Part shown: one piece after another, positions 47,616 to 62,132 of the stretch
Layout: the number at the start of each line of letters is the position of its first letter
How positions within the stretch are numbered: position 1 is the first letter of the stretch
Position numbers and translations under genes: made by a program
Assembly (NCBI GenBank): GCA_025786725.1
Contig: JAHLTZ010000010.1
Location: 248,001-312,000, forward strand
Reading direction: 5' to 3'
DNA from: Syncephalis fuscata S228
Taxonomy: Eukaryota > Fungi > Zoopagomycota
DNA length: 64,000 nt
The notes under the pieces: model-generated
What the model saw: only the letters and a program-made list of their open reading frames with translations
Told to the model about the DNA's origin: nothing
Database searches by the model: none

Positions 47616-48967
47616 ATGCTTGCATCTCCTTATAGCCATGACTATGTCTTCAAGTATATTATTATAGGCGATATGGGTAGGAAGAATAGTATTAGCTGTA
47701 TAGACAGATGTAGATAGCTGTAGATATATATATAGCTAATGAATGAAAAATAACTATATACTGATCGTTGGTTGACTAGGCACGGGCAAACTTGTCTATT
47801 AAAACGCTTTACCGATAGAAAGTTTGTACGATAATTATAAAGTGTTTAATTATTAAACAGTATTAATGAACCTATTTATTTAACTGATAGAATGATAATG
47901 TACGTTATACGGTAGGAGTGGAGTTTGATACCCGCATTATAGCTATAGATGGACACCGAATAAAGTAAGTAAATTGTAATAGCCACGATATATCTAAATT
48001 ATAATAATATTTAGATTACAAATCTGGGATACTGCGGTCAAGGTACATATTGTGTGTGTATATGTGGATGAATAGACAGTATTGACATTGATGAATATAG
48101 AACGATTTCGATCAGTGACCAAAGGCTATTACCGTGGTGTAAGAGCCATGCCTATCATTTTATCTATTAATATTAATACAAATGACGTTAATACAAATAA
48201 CAGGCAGCGGGTGCTATTCTGGTTTATGATATTACACGGTATGTTTACAATATTAATAACTAAATAGTATTCTTATAGTTATTAGACGCGAGACATTTGA
48301 TCATATTATTAGCTGGTTAAATGATGTTCGGCGTGATGCTCCTCCACATACTGTCTTTTGTCTTGTGGGTAATAAGGTATTAATACATCGTATATTAAGC
48401 TGCTTTTTATAATTAATACGTAATTGTCAATTGACAGCTGGATTCAGAGGGCCAACGCCAAGTGACAACACAAGAAGCACAGAGCTTTGCACATCAACAT
48501 GGTAGGTATTGTATATGGATAATTTATGATATATAGCTAATATTTATCTAGGATTGCTATACATTGAAACAAGTGCTCGATCGTATGTATTTTAAATAAT
48601 ATTTAAATGGTTAATAATGAGTTATATACATGTAGTAATATAAATGTGGATGAATGCTTTTTAAGTATGTATTATGCATTTTAATACAAATATACTAATA
48701 TAATCATAGATGTGGCTAGTCGTATTTATGATCTTGTTATATCAGAAACGTAATTATCAATCTATTTACACATTAAGTATTAATGAATTACAACTATTTA
48801 TGCACCAACTATTTAGAATTGACATAAGAGCCCTTAATTCCGGTGTTCAACAACGATCCTCAGCATCTTTTGACATGCGCTCTTCGCGTGTATCTTTAAG
48901 CGCTGATGGTTCTGGTTATTCCGGTGGCGTACCATCCTCATCCTCTTATAGGCCATCCTGCTGTTAA
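47616..48967 (+). CDS. RAB14: Rab GTPase, Rab14-like (many short exons)
   Basis: YVFKYIIIGDMGTGK, TVGVEF, IKLQIWDTAGQERFRSVT, YYRGAAGA, LVGNKLD, IETSAR, LNSGVQ and C-terminal CC. Two 1-nt homopolymer deletions must be corrected. Confidence 0.85.
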
Positions 48968-49109
48968 AACATACTCTCTCTCTCTATATCTCTTCTGTTA
49001 TTGCATTTAGTGTATTAAATAAAGATTATTTTAATGGCCAAATTCATTTATTTTGTATGTGTTTCGGTGTTGCATGTATATCAATGTAGGCATATTCCAA
49101 TGATGATCA

Positions 49110-50530
49110 TTAAGCATATATACGAAATACTTCATCTCCCACACCAGCTGGTGTAAGTATACCTAAATCGGTAATAAAGAGATTAATGTGTGATGCAGGT
49201 GTGTAATCAACACGAGGCCGTAACCACTGATTAATACAGCATAAAGAGTAAATAGTCAATTCAATTAGTATAAAGTAATCGATTGAATTATATTTAACTT
49301 ACCTCCATTTCTGTATCATCGTCACTAATGGCAGTTATTGTCATGGATAGTCCATCTGCAGATTGGGGTTCTAAGCGAAGAGCGGTAAATGCACTGCCTG
49401 GCAAGTCACGTTGATTTAATGGCAATCTTCTTACAAACTTGTAACTACGTAATCATTACTATAAATTCGACCATTCTTTTAATATTTACCTTTCTGCAAC
49501 AGCATAACATAATTTACCAGCTGCTTTGGCGCCCAATGCTACTTGATACGTGCCAATCTATATAAAAATACATATATTTATTATTATTATTATTATTAAT
49601 GGCTATTACTATTATCATTACATACTTGACTGACCAAGCCACCATTCTCAGTGACTACTTCGCCGCCTAATAACACCAAATCAACTTCTTCCATGGCACT
49701 TGCTACCGCTGCATCTGCTATAATCTGGCATGGTACACCAAGTTCTTTAAGGGCCTTTGCCGTTACCACACTATATATTATTATTATTGAATCAGTTATG
49801 TCTTGATAGCAACTATAATTAATTAAACTTACCCACTACAAGTTGGACGCGATTCTGTAACCCATACGCGGAAATGCACACCAGAATTGACAGCATGGCG
49901 TAGTAGTTCAAGTACAACGCGCGAATATGAATGCACAAGAATAGTCTAATATAAAATAGTCATTGATTAGTAGATAGTTCTTTTTTTTTCTAGTTTAATA
50001 CGTTGAGTTGACCAGTTGCTATTCATACCATATCATCTTGAATAAATCGTGCTCCTAGTTTAGCAATTACTTGACGGCATGCGCTCGCTTTATTAACGAA
50101 TCGACATCCACGCTCAAGCAGCAGCTGTTTGCCCTGTTCTAAATCTTGAATATGTTCGGTAGTTACAGCGAAAAATTGCTTAAATAATGCACAGCCAGCC
50201 TCCAACGGTAAAGATTCTGGCTGAGAACGCAATAGCTGGGCCACTGCTCCCGTTAGATTGACCGTCAATTCTGACATTGTTGTTGCTAACCAGCCATAGC
50301 GTATTACTATATAATAGACGAAACAGAAAGTGCCAATAGCTACTTACCCTGGCTACGATTCACGTATTCTACAAGTGCCTCAATAGCAGCCACAGGCACC
50401 GCAACGTCCTATACCAATACAAATGTCTATTAATCGGCATTCAATGCACGTTCCAACTATTGCCTACCGCATCAGCGGCTAGTTTACGCGTAAAGTGATC
50501 TACGATATCAAAGGTACCGGCCGTACTCAT
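49110..50530 (-). CDS. GCN3: Translation initiation factor eIF2B alpha subunit
   Basis: PVAAIEAL, AGCALF, ILVHSYSRVV, VTESRP, LLGGEVVTENGG, IGTYQVAL and DYTPASHINLFITDLGILTPAGVGDE. Confidence 0.92.
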
Positions 50531-50664
50531 AGTTTGTTGTTAAAAGATAGAAAATGGTTGTGTTTATCTGTGTAAATGTAAATGTTTTTATCTTCTCTTT
50601 CCATTTTTACCACTACGTAATATTGCACACCACCTAGTCACCACTATATCATAACCACATCACC

Positions 50665-52137
50665 ATGACTACATTGCCACCATCTGGTAAAGATGCTACA
50701 GCAGTGGCATCGCATAAACACGGAGCCCATTGCAACCATACGGCTGCTAACCAAAAAGACATCACTGCAGCATCAAGCGAATCAGTGGGTTTTTATATAC
50801 CAAAGCGTAAAATCCTTACGCCTGAAGATTTGACGCGATTTCAAGCTTCACCGGTCTATAAAGACTATGTAAATTTTATAGACCAATTGAATCTATCGGT
50901 CGCCAATATCAAGACACGAGCAGAATGCGAAATGACACCGGTAAGCCTATTGATAGCCATATAAGCAACTACACACACTATTTACTGATAGTTATATAGA
51001 CGCTTGATCGATTAGTGGCTCTATTGGATGAATTGCTACTTTGGTGTGAGGAAATTAAGCCTGATGAACATCGTACACGTTTTGGCAATCCAGCCTTCTG
51101 TATTTGGTATGATCGATTAGGCGAAGTAAGTAAAAGTTAAACGTAGACATAAGGCATTAACGTGTATATTCGATAGAGAATACCACAGTTACTCGATGGT
51201 ATTGTCGAGAAAGAAGCCTTTTCGAAGTTGGACGCTATTTACAGGAAAGCTTTGGTAATCGTGAACGTATTGATTACGGCACAGGCCATGAAGCAAACTT
51301 TATTGCATTTCTGTAAGTAATTTGGGTAATCATACAATATAGCTTTATTAATATAGTGTAGACTTTGTTTGGTTAAACTTCAACTAATTGATGAAGCACA
51401 TTATCGTTCTGTCGTATTACGAGTATTTTTCAAGTAAGTTTTATTTTACTTTTAATCTATTATTTTTATTAATGATGGTAGATATATTGATGTTATGCGT
51501 CATTTGCAATTTACTTACTGGCTTGAGCCAGCTGGATCTCATGGTGTATGGGGTCTTGATGACTACCACTTTTTACCATTTCTATTTGGATCATCTCAAT
51601 TGCGCGGTAATACTATATATATATATATCTACAGATATATGTACTAATATATGTATAATTATGTTAGATCATCAACATTTCCGTCCAAAATCAATACATG
51701 ATGCTGATATTTTAGATGAATTCTACAAAGATTATATGTACTTTGCATGTATTCGATTTATTAACTCAGTAAGTAGATGATATACCACTATAGCTGTAAT
51801 AACCAATACGATATAGGTCAAAACGGAATCATTACGATGGCATTCACCAATGTTGGATGATATTAGTGGAGTAAAGACTTGGACAAAGGTCAATCAAGGC
51901 ATGAAGAAGATGTATGAGGCAGAAGTACTTGGCAAACTGCCTATTATGCAGCATTTCATGTTTGGATCTATATTATCATTTTCTGGTGGCAGCGAGGATG
52001 CAGAAGATGAAGCAGTTTGTGGAGATCATCGACATGTTCATGCACTAGGACAAGAAACACCAATCTGTTGTGGTATTCGCATACCCGCGGCATTTGGTGC
52101 ATCAGAATCACAGCCTCGTCGTCTTCCATTTGATTGA
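50665..52137 (+). CDS. PP2A activator PTPA (Rrd1/Rrd2 family)
   Basis: [59 protein letters not shown] and [12 protein letters not shown]. Confidence 0.94.
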
Positions 52138-52451
52138 TTGTGAAGTGTTATTAATACGTTTATTGCTTTGTAATTAAAACAACGTACAATTGAAATAACT
52201 AAAAGAATGACAACCAATTTTTAATTTCATTAATAATATTATTAATAGAATAACATTGTATCACTATTAACTACACGACTTTTATTAAATAATTCATTTT
52301 TTGTCTTTTTAAACACTGCAGTCTTTGGCTTTATTGCGTCGTTTTTCTTTTCCCTTTCTCTCTTTTCTCTTTCTTTCTCTCTACTTCAATTTCACGGTTA
52401 GGCTTGGTCTTTTTTTGATTTTGAATTGTGTGTATCTCTATCTTATTTACA

Positions 52452-53561
<1,110 letters not shown>

Positions 53562-53795
53562 GCTTTTTATTATACGCAAAAATGAAAGGGCGTAGACGCG
53601 ATAACGCGATACTAATCATTCGTTGTCAAATTATTGTGGATGACGTCCAAGTAATTATGGTGTGGTGCATGCCTCTTTTTTGTACAAGCTTAAATAAATA
53701 TATTTAAAACGTAAACATTTATTAACATTATTACATCGATCCTTTCTAGTCATTATTATTACTATATTATTACTACTATATTATTTACTATTATT

Positions 53796-55392
53796 ATGCC
53801 TCGTTCAAGGTCAAATTCGCCGCAGGGACGTTCACGTCGGCGGTCTCCCTCGCCCGAAAGACGAGAGTACGTGTTATACTGCAAGTAAAATGACCTACCA
53901 TTCACTGATCGGTTTGTGGCCAGGCGTCGAGATAGAACACCGCCACGTCGACGGGAACGCTATGACGACACCAAAAACGACGATAGATCTCGAGAGCGCC
54001 GATTGTCGCCGTCGCCGTCGTCTTTGTCCAAAAAGGCGTAAGTAATCTAAGTGATTTTGGCTATATATGATATTTATAAAACATGGCGTTAGTTCTAGGC
54101 GCGATCGTTCACATAGTCCGTAAGTATTTGCAAGAATGTAGATAAATAGAAATTAAATTGTAGTAGAGAGCAAGCTACACGGCGGTATCAAGGCCGTTCA
54201 ACCAGTGCCGATCGACGAGTGTAAGTAAAGATGCTTTTTAGTGGTCTATTGGCTTATTTATCATGTATATAATAGGCGAAGTCGGTCTCGTAGTCCTGAC
54301 CGACGTCGTCACCGCCATAGACATCGTTCTAGAAGTGAAGAACGTCGTCGTCGTCGTCGTCATCGGCATCGCCGGCACCGTCGCAGAGATGATTCAGATC
54401 AGGATGATGCGTCGAGTGCTACAGATAGTGAATCGGACAGTGCTAGCTATGACAGTGACAGTGGCAGTGGCAGTGATTCAGCATCCTATAAACGCTCACG
54501 TAAACATAAAAAGCATAAAAAAAGTAAAAAGGTAAGATAGTATTACTATTGAATAAGCTATTATATTAACATTATTTATAAAGCGCAAGTTAAAGAAGGA
54601 TAAGAAAGGTAAAAAATCATCTCGCTTAAGTGGTGTGATTGGAGAAGAGTTTGGCAAACATGGTATTCTTCGAGAAACCGAGTAAGTAACAGCTAGTGAC
54701 AAGAATAAAAATAATATAATAGACGTGGCTAATAGAATATAGTGTATATACAAAAGAACAGGTAGATCTATAGTCTATGTATGATTGTTATTTCTAAATC
54801 AAGTATTTGACAGGAATTCCACGCTTGGCTTATTGAGGTCAAGCATTTATCGCCTGAAGTGCTGAATCAACAGCAGATGAAGCAACATTTCAAGCTATAC
54901 ATGGAAGGTAACGTGTAACATTTATTTATTATGAATTAGCATTAATGACATATAGTAGATTATAATACGGCATCAATGCCCCATGAAAAGTATGATAATA
55001 ATGATGGTTGTTTAAATTCACTAATATAACTTTATTAGATATTATAATATGGAGAAATGGGAAAAGAGTCAGTATGGATCAGAAGATGCATGGGGCCAGA
55101 AAATGAAAGGCAGTGGCGGTGATAGTGTATCGGCCATTGGCTCATTAAATTTGTTACGAGATGAAGAGCAGCTTCGGTAAGTAAATGGATCAATCAATGC
55201 AATCTAAAGATACTAATAAGCTTTTTTAGACGACAACGTGCTTCCGGTGGTATGGCACGCTCGGCCGCTCCAACCATGACAAAAGAACAAGTGGAAGATT
55301 TACGACGTGTTCAAGGTGAACGAATCGCTGCTGAGAAATTGCGTAAAATGGGATACCAGCCTAAAGAAAGTATGGGTGTGCGCTACGAGTAA
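53796..55392 (+). CDS. Arg/Ser-rich nuclear protein with a conserved-looking C-terminal domain (multi-exon)
   Basis: RS/RH repeats and a Lys-rich tract, then FGKHGILRET..EFHAWLIEVK..FKLYMEDYNTASMPHEKYYNME across canonical introns. Confidence 0.8.
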
Positions 55393-58074
55393 ATACACTC
55401 AGTTCATTTATTTTTTAGTATATATGAAATAAAAAGTTTTCTACAAAATTAAAATATTGTAATATAAATTAAATAGATAATAAATTGCTGCACATCAAAA
55501 TACTACGAGTAAACTATTACTACCAAGTAAAGACCGTCATGTTGTTATATAGCAGTGATGTTTTATCTTTTAATCTATAGGCTAGAGTGCTAGTTGAACA
55601 AGAAGTAGATAATATAAGACAAAAATATTGATAAATCAAATTGCCTAGGAGGTAAAGAAGGCAATTGATAGAGAGAGATAGCAGTGTTATAATATAATTA
55701 TTGCACACTTTGACCTGTTATAGATCTGCAATGATCCAAAGTAAAAATAAAACATAAAACAATTGCTTGCTGCACATATGTTAAAATGGTATAAAAAAGC
55801 CAAAATACATTTACTATATAAATTGAAGCACCGACGTCAATGATTGGAATAAAATGATTAGCAATAAAGATAGGATAAAAAAGAGCAATGTAAGGACGTG
55901 TTGTAAAGGGTGTTTGTAATTCAACTAGTGGTTAATCAACTACTGACACAATTTATTCTACAAATACTTAATGTTATGTTTATTACGGCATATTCCGCTT
56001 CTCAATGTTACAATTCTGTTCATAAATTGTATAGCAAACTATCGTATTTACTGGTATTTTAGATAATTACTCGGTCATGCATGCATGTGCTACATTATTC
56101 TGGTTTTTATATAGACATTTGAAAGTAATATGGTTATGTATTTATTCCTGTTTTCATTCAATCAATTTTAATGCACTTGATAATACAGTATAAATAAAGC
56201 GTATTTTATTTCTATTTAGTAGCATTAAAGCTCAACTAGTGACTTATGTGCTATACCATATTTCTAAAGGCAGCTCATTTATTTAACTAATAAAGTAGTA
56301 GGATTGTATAGATTGATTGGTTTAATTGTATGCAAATGATAAGGCATTTTGAAAAAGTAGGCGTATCTGATAGTATCTGAAATGCTGCTGGTATGGTTGC
56401 ATTAGACAAGTTTGGGTGCACTGGCCAATTGATTTAAATTTGCGCGGAAATAACTGGCAAATGGAAGGCAAAAAGTGAGCAATGTGGAAATAAGGAAGGG
56501 ATTATAATCCGATATACTAATATGATGGCATCCGACACTAGAAGGTTTTAGCTAGATGCAATACGCCAATGAGCAGCTACCACATAATCTTTACCAATAT
56601 TGTTCATTCTAATGGTAGATATGTTTTGGGACAATTTTATAAGGTTGTGTAGTGATTACTTTTGCTTATTATCTCGCTTTCTTTTTTAGTTGTTAATATA
56701 CTGTAAACCATTTGTTAACGGTATAGCATCAAGTCTAGTAGGCACATCCAGTGGTGTGTGGTCCCCTGGTTGGTTGGCCATGGAGTACTGTGTTCTTACT
56801 TGGGAGCTTTGTTGAATGTGCAATACATTATTTGCAGACTATCGTATTATACTAGCTCAGCAACTATATGGCTGCCCGTAATAGGCGGCTGTATACTAGT
56901 GTAGCGCGGAGGCATGTGGGTGTTAACTGAATTGCAGTATAGTACTAATTTCAAATATTATTTAAAAATACTTGCTTTGAAGCCATAACTTATTTTCAAT
57001 GCATGTTCGTGATTGCCAGAGCATTATTACTTAATAGTATCTCTGCGGTTTGTTTTATCGCAGTAAAGGCTAGCTATTATACTGTATTCTTTAATAGCAC
57101 ATCGGTATATGGTGGCACGTTGTTTAATCGTAATATGTAGCGGTGCTTAAGTGATCAGCTTTGTGCAACAACTACAATTAAGCAAACCAGTAGTCTAGCA
57201 ATCTTTATTGCTACATATAAGCTACCACACATGTTACGGCATTCATTAAGGCGTAGGAGCCATCCTGGCATGGCTAGTATAGAATCATGTGCTTCTGACA
57301 TATGATACTTGCGCCAAATGGTTGTATCGTCAGTATTCCGTGGTGGACGCGTAATTTTTACTAGTTGATGCCTCGATGGACAACTTTAATTGTGGCTTTA
57401 CAAACGATTTGCCTAGTGCCTTTGTATAATGTTTAATAACATTATCGCACCAAAAATGGCCACATTACATGCCCGCTATAAAAAACGAATGGATAGCAAT
57501 TAGCTAAGTATATGAACGTTACCACTACTAAATAATATTGACACACTTTTGTTATAGTTATTCAAGCATTGGTGCCGGGACAACAAGTATATACAAGCTG
57601 TATTTATCAATGTGCATCATTATTTTTTGCATGCAATTTATAATATCAATTATTGTCTTCATTAATAGGAGTAACGGCTGCAGTATAATATACTGCTGCT
57701 GGTAATACCGCTTAGTATGGGTTTCCAAATGAGAGTGTATACTCGTTTGGTTTTTATCCTGCCAAGTGGTAATTGGTATTGTAACTGCGCATCTGCTAAA
57801 TGTGCTGGTTAGGTATTTGAAGTGGTGGCAATAAAGAGGGAGATGAAGGCACTTTTATACACATATACATCTAAGTGGTAGATTTTAATAAAACATGTAT
57901 GAAATGTTTATTTTAATGACATCGTATTATAACGATGGTTCTATTATTATTGTTTATATATTTGTTTATTATATTCATTGAATTTGAAAAGTGTTATTAA
58001 TATTTAAATGGCTAGATTACAATTAATTATACCTAATACAATTATAAAAGAGTATATAATTTTTTATAATTGAC

Positions 58075-58970
58075 ATAAATTAGTTTAATTTGAGAGACAA
58101 ATGACTAATATTTAATAACATCCAATCTATTGAACATGGTGATAAATGGTGAATGACATTAATCACCAAATACTCGTCATCCTAGATTTACTATCCAATA
58201 TGCATATATCATTACAGTATGCGTTATTGCTATATATACCCATCGCTTTGCTTGATTAACATTAAACCATAACTAGTTAGCATGATCTAGTTTATTTATA
58301 AATAATCTTAATAAAACAACTCCGTTCATATCCATATTATTTGTTATACCAATATAACTCAGTGAACAAACTAAGTGCGATAAATCAATTCTTATTAATA
58401 AAAGGGTTAAAATCATATTGACAACGGTTATAGACAGTGTATGGTCAATATATAATAAAATGATAAACATTATAATGAATACGCAATATTGAACGAGATT
58501 AGCAATGTTAAAGTTATTGAGCATATATGCATGAACGGATGAGTAGAATTAGTCGACATTTATTAATGATAGTGATAGAACAAAAATAAAAGTAGTTTTG
58601 GATAGAGGAAGACTATGCGAGTATAGAATGATATATAAAATGATAAATGTACGGTGAAAAAGCATATAAAGCAATGTTAAAGCTATAGTGTATATAATGC
58701 AATGCGTGGAATGAGTGAAGTATATTGGAATATACAAACAACAGAATGTGTCTAGTATATCATAAAATGATATATAGTAGTGTGGGATGGAATGGAAATG
58801 ATATAGGTGAATATATTATATATGCGTACTAGATAATGAACCTACAATAATGGGTATTTGCTAATTAAATAAAACTCACCATTTGTCCCCATGTTCAATA
58901 GATTAAATATGTAGTCCAATTGCGCGAATGTTATTAAAAATAATCATTTGACCCCCAAATCATAATATAA
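58075..58970. mobile_element. Non-autonomous TIR (MITE/foldback-like) element
   Basis: Left end aatctattgaacatggtgataaatggtga is the imperfect inverse of right end tcaccatttgtccccatgttcaatagatt. The interior is homologous to 11480-12020. Confidence 0.72.
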
Positions 58971-59419
58971 TTTAATGATTTGATGATTTAATAAAAATGA
59001 TTATTCAATAAAATAAACGTTTAGTTTGACTGGGCGAGTGCTGTCAAACAAGTCAATTGGTACCAATCATAATAATTGTTTATTTTTATTACATCAGCAC
59101 TTGCACCCACACTATAAAAACAGACTGCCGATCGCATAGCACACGATTTACGTCACACCTTCCTCTTTCTCTTCCTCCACACCTGACAGCATTTATCCAC
59201 TAGCCACCTTCCCCACTTGCACTTGTTTCCATAAGTTTAGTATATGCCTTGCTTGCTATATGTCATTGTTGGTCTATTAGTATAAGCATGCCTAGTCTCG
59301 GTACTACATACCGCCCTGCTGTATGGCGCCATACAGCAGTGCTAGCAGTGTCGTTTTGCCTTGTGAGCAGCTGCTAGTATGCTAGCTATGATAAATATAT
59401 GCTGCCAAGCATACAATGT

Positions 59420-59495
59420 TTTCTTTCTCTTTCTCTTCCTCTTCCTCTTCCTTCTTCTCCTCCTCTTCCTCTTCCTCTTCATCCTCTTCTTCTCT
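59420..59495. repeat. (CTCTTC)n pyrimidine microsatellite within diverged local direct repeats (59280-59700)
   Basis: Seen directly. Flanking duplications include ttccattRctcaccgtRctagcaaYagtgt and gccatacagcagtgc. Confidence 0.8.
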
Positions 59496-59905
59496 AACCT
59501 TCCATTACTCACCGTACTAGCAACAGTGTATGCTGGATATATGCTACCAAGCATATACTGTTCCTTTCTCACCCTCTACCTCATCCTTTCCTCTATATCT
59601 TCCATTGCTCACCGTGCTAGCAATAGTGTGTTTAGCTACGGTAGTAGCATATGGTGGCACTCTGTACTGGCCATACAGCAGTGCCACTATATGCACTGCC
59701 TGTAAACACCTGCCAGCATGATGTTGCATTGGCAGCACACCTCTTTTCCCTTTTCCCTTTTTCCTTTTAATAAACCACTTACCGGTCCTTCTTTATGGTG
59801 CACTGATCGTGCAATGGTAAGTAACTAGCTTAAATCTGTCACTAACTCTACATATAATACTTTAGATTTACAAGCCATCAAGTATCAAGTTCAAGAGCAA
59901 TGGCG

Positions 59906-61134
59906 ATTAGTGTGTTAGCGGCCGGCTACCAAGCAATATAACAATCAATGTTATATTGATGACTTTAAATTTAGTTTACTAACTTACTAACCTGTATTGA
60001 TAATTACAGCTTTATATCATAAATAAAAATCACCAAATTGTTTTAGTGTGCTAGCGGCCGGCTACACAACATTGCAACATACTAACTTTATATGTATTGT
60101 TTTAGATTTAGGTACTTGGACACTAACACTAACACTTGTTGATTATTATAGATTGTAGACAGCCGGGCACCGGCATAAACACTGGCGCCAACACCAACAT
60201 CAGCACCGACACCGACACCAGTACCAACACCAACGCCAACATCAGCACCGACACCGACACCGACACCAACATCAGCACCAACATCAACACCAACACCAAC
60301 AGCAACACCAACAACAACAACAACATCAGCACCAACAACAACATCAACACCAACAACAACACCAACAGCAACATCAGCACCAACACCAACATCAACATCA
60401 GCACCAACATCAACATCAACATCAACACCAACAACAACATCAGCACCAACAGCAACATCAGCACCAACACCAACAGCAACATCAACACCAACACCAACAT
60501 CAACATCAGCACCAACAACAACATCAGCACCAACACCAACAGCAACAGCAATATCAACACCAACAGCAACATCAGCACCAACACCAACATCAACATCAAC
60601 ATCAGCACCAACAACAACATCAACACCAACACCAACATCAGCACCAACACCAACATCAACATCAGTACTAACACCAACATCAACATCGACACTAAACACC
60701 AGCGCCGACGCTAACATCAATACCGACATCACCATCAACAACAACATATACAAGTAATTTGTCATCAAGTTCAAGCATCAAGCATAAAGCATAGTTGTTA
60801 TCACGTACTTTAAGCACACATGATCTTAAGTACCATATCCTTTTATTTCTTATTCAACTCCCATTGTTTTTATTTCATATATTTGCACTAACAATATAAC
60901 AATGATTTTAGATTCTAGACTGCCGCCTACTAACATACTAACATCATTAATATTATTTTAGATTTTAGATAACCGGCCATGGACACCTAGCGTAAGTATT
61001 ATTATTATACATAGCCGGCCGCTAGCACACTAAAACCAAATATGCAATATCAATTCAGGACAATTGTCTACTAACGTACTAACATTGTATTTATTGTTTT
61101 AGAATTGTAGGTAGCCGGCCGCTAACACACTAAT
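59906..61134. repeat. Two nested perfect 25-bp inverted-repeat pairs enclosing a ~570-bp (NCA)n low-complexity tract
   Basis: Outer pair 59906-59930 / 61110-61134; inner pair 60040-60064 / 61012-61036; tract ~60180-60750. Confidence 0.9.
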
Positions 61135-61319
61135 ACGCTCACATCAAATAAGTAAGTAATGTGATACAGCAGTTGTAGCAGTATCCATCATACTTTGTAT
61201 GTGGTGGTATACCGCCATCAATAAACGGTAGTATACCACCACAACAATAGCAACAAACAAGTACTTGATGTGACATCATCAAGATTAAAGTTATATTAAA
61301 TCAATTTAATAATATTTTA

Positions 61320-61990
61320 TTTATTATCCAGTACGCATATATCCTATATCCATATGTATCATTCCTATTCTATCCCATGCTGCTATATATTATTCTATGA
61401 TATACTAAACACATTCTACTGTTTATATGTTTCAATATATTACACTCATTCCTCTCATTATGCTATATGTACTGTAATTCCAGCACAGCTCATCGCACAC
61501 TTACCATTGCATATCAGTAATACCATATATTATTTTATCGTATAGTAACTACCTTCTGTTAAAAACTGCCGCTTGTTTAACTTTAGCTTTCTTAAATATA
61601 AAAGTCGACTCATTATAATTTAATGAGTCGAAATGAGCTGAGATTTACTAACAATATATCTATACTCGAACCGATGACTATTTTAAATAGAGCAAAACCA
61701 GATGAGCATAAAATGATATACAGTAAAACGATTATACAATAGTAAATGTGCGATGAGCTGCATTGTAGGTATAGCATATGTAAAGCAATGAATGGACAGA
61801 ATGAAATGTATCGAATTATATAATAAATATAATGTGTCTAACATAGCATAGAATGATATATGCATACTGGATAATAAATCTACAACGCTGAGTGTTTTAA
61901 ACTTGGATGTTAGTCACCATCCATTATCATGTTCAATATATTGAATGTTATCAAGTTAGCCATCTGACCATTAAATCATATTAAATGAAT
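61320..61990. mobile_element. Palindromic foldback copy of the same MITE-like family
   Basis: ttattatccagtacgcatata vs tatatgcatactggataataa; cagctcatcgcaca vs tgtgcgatgagctg; central hairpin tcgactcatta..taatgagtcga; terminal catgttcaata block. Confidence 0.75.
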
Positions 61991-62132
61991 AGCAGATTGT
62001 TTATTGCAATAAAAATAGTATATACATTAAAATGGTATACAAGCCAAAAGATTAAATGACGTACTGTAGCCATACGCAGCTGTTTTGTAGCTTTGCTTCT
62101 TTTAATATTTATTTTATAAATTTACATTCAGA

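Noticed and set aside
56350-57850. Possible decayed minus-strand gene (slightly GC-richer, coding-like texture)
   Set aside because: No sustained ORF or recognisable motif; could not support a call.
59342-59738. Poly-RK and poly-LF ORFs
   Set aside because: Products of a CTCTTC microsatellite.
60088-60774. VDVGVGA, LVLML and NTNIN ORFs as real proteins
   Set aside because: All arise from one (NCA)n triplet tract that is open in several frames. The coding frame, if any, cannot be determined from sequence alone.
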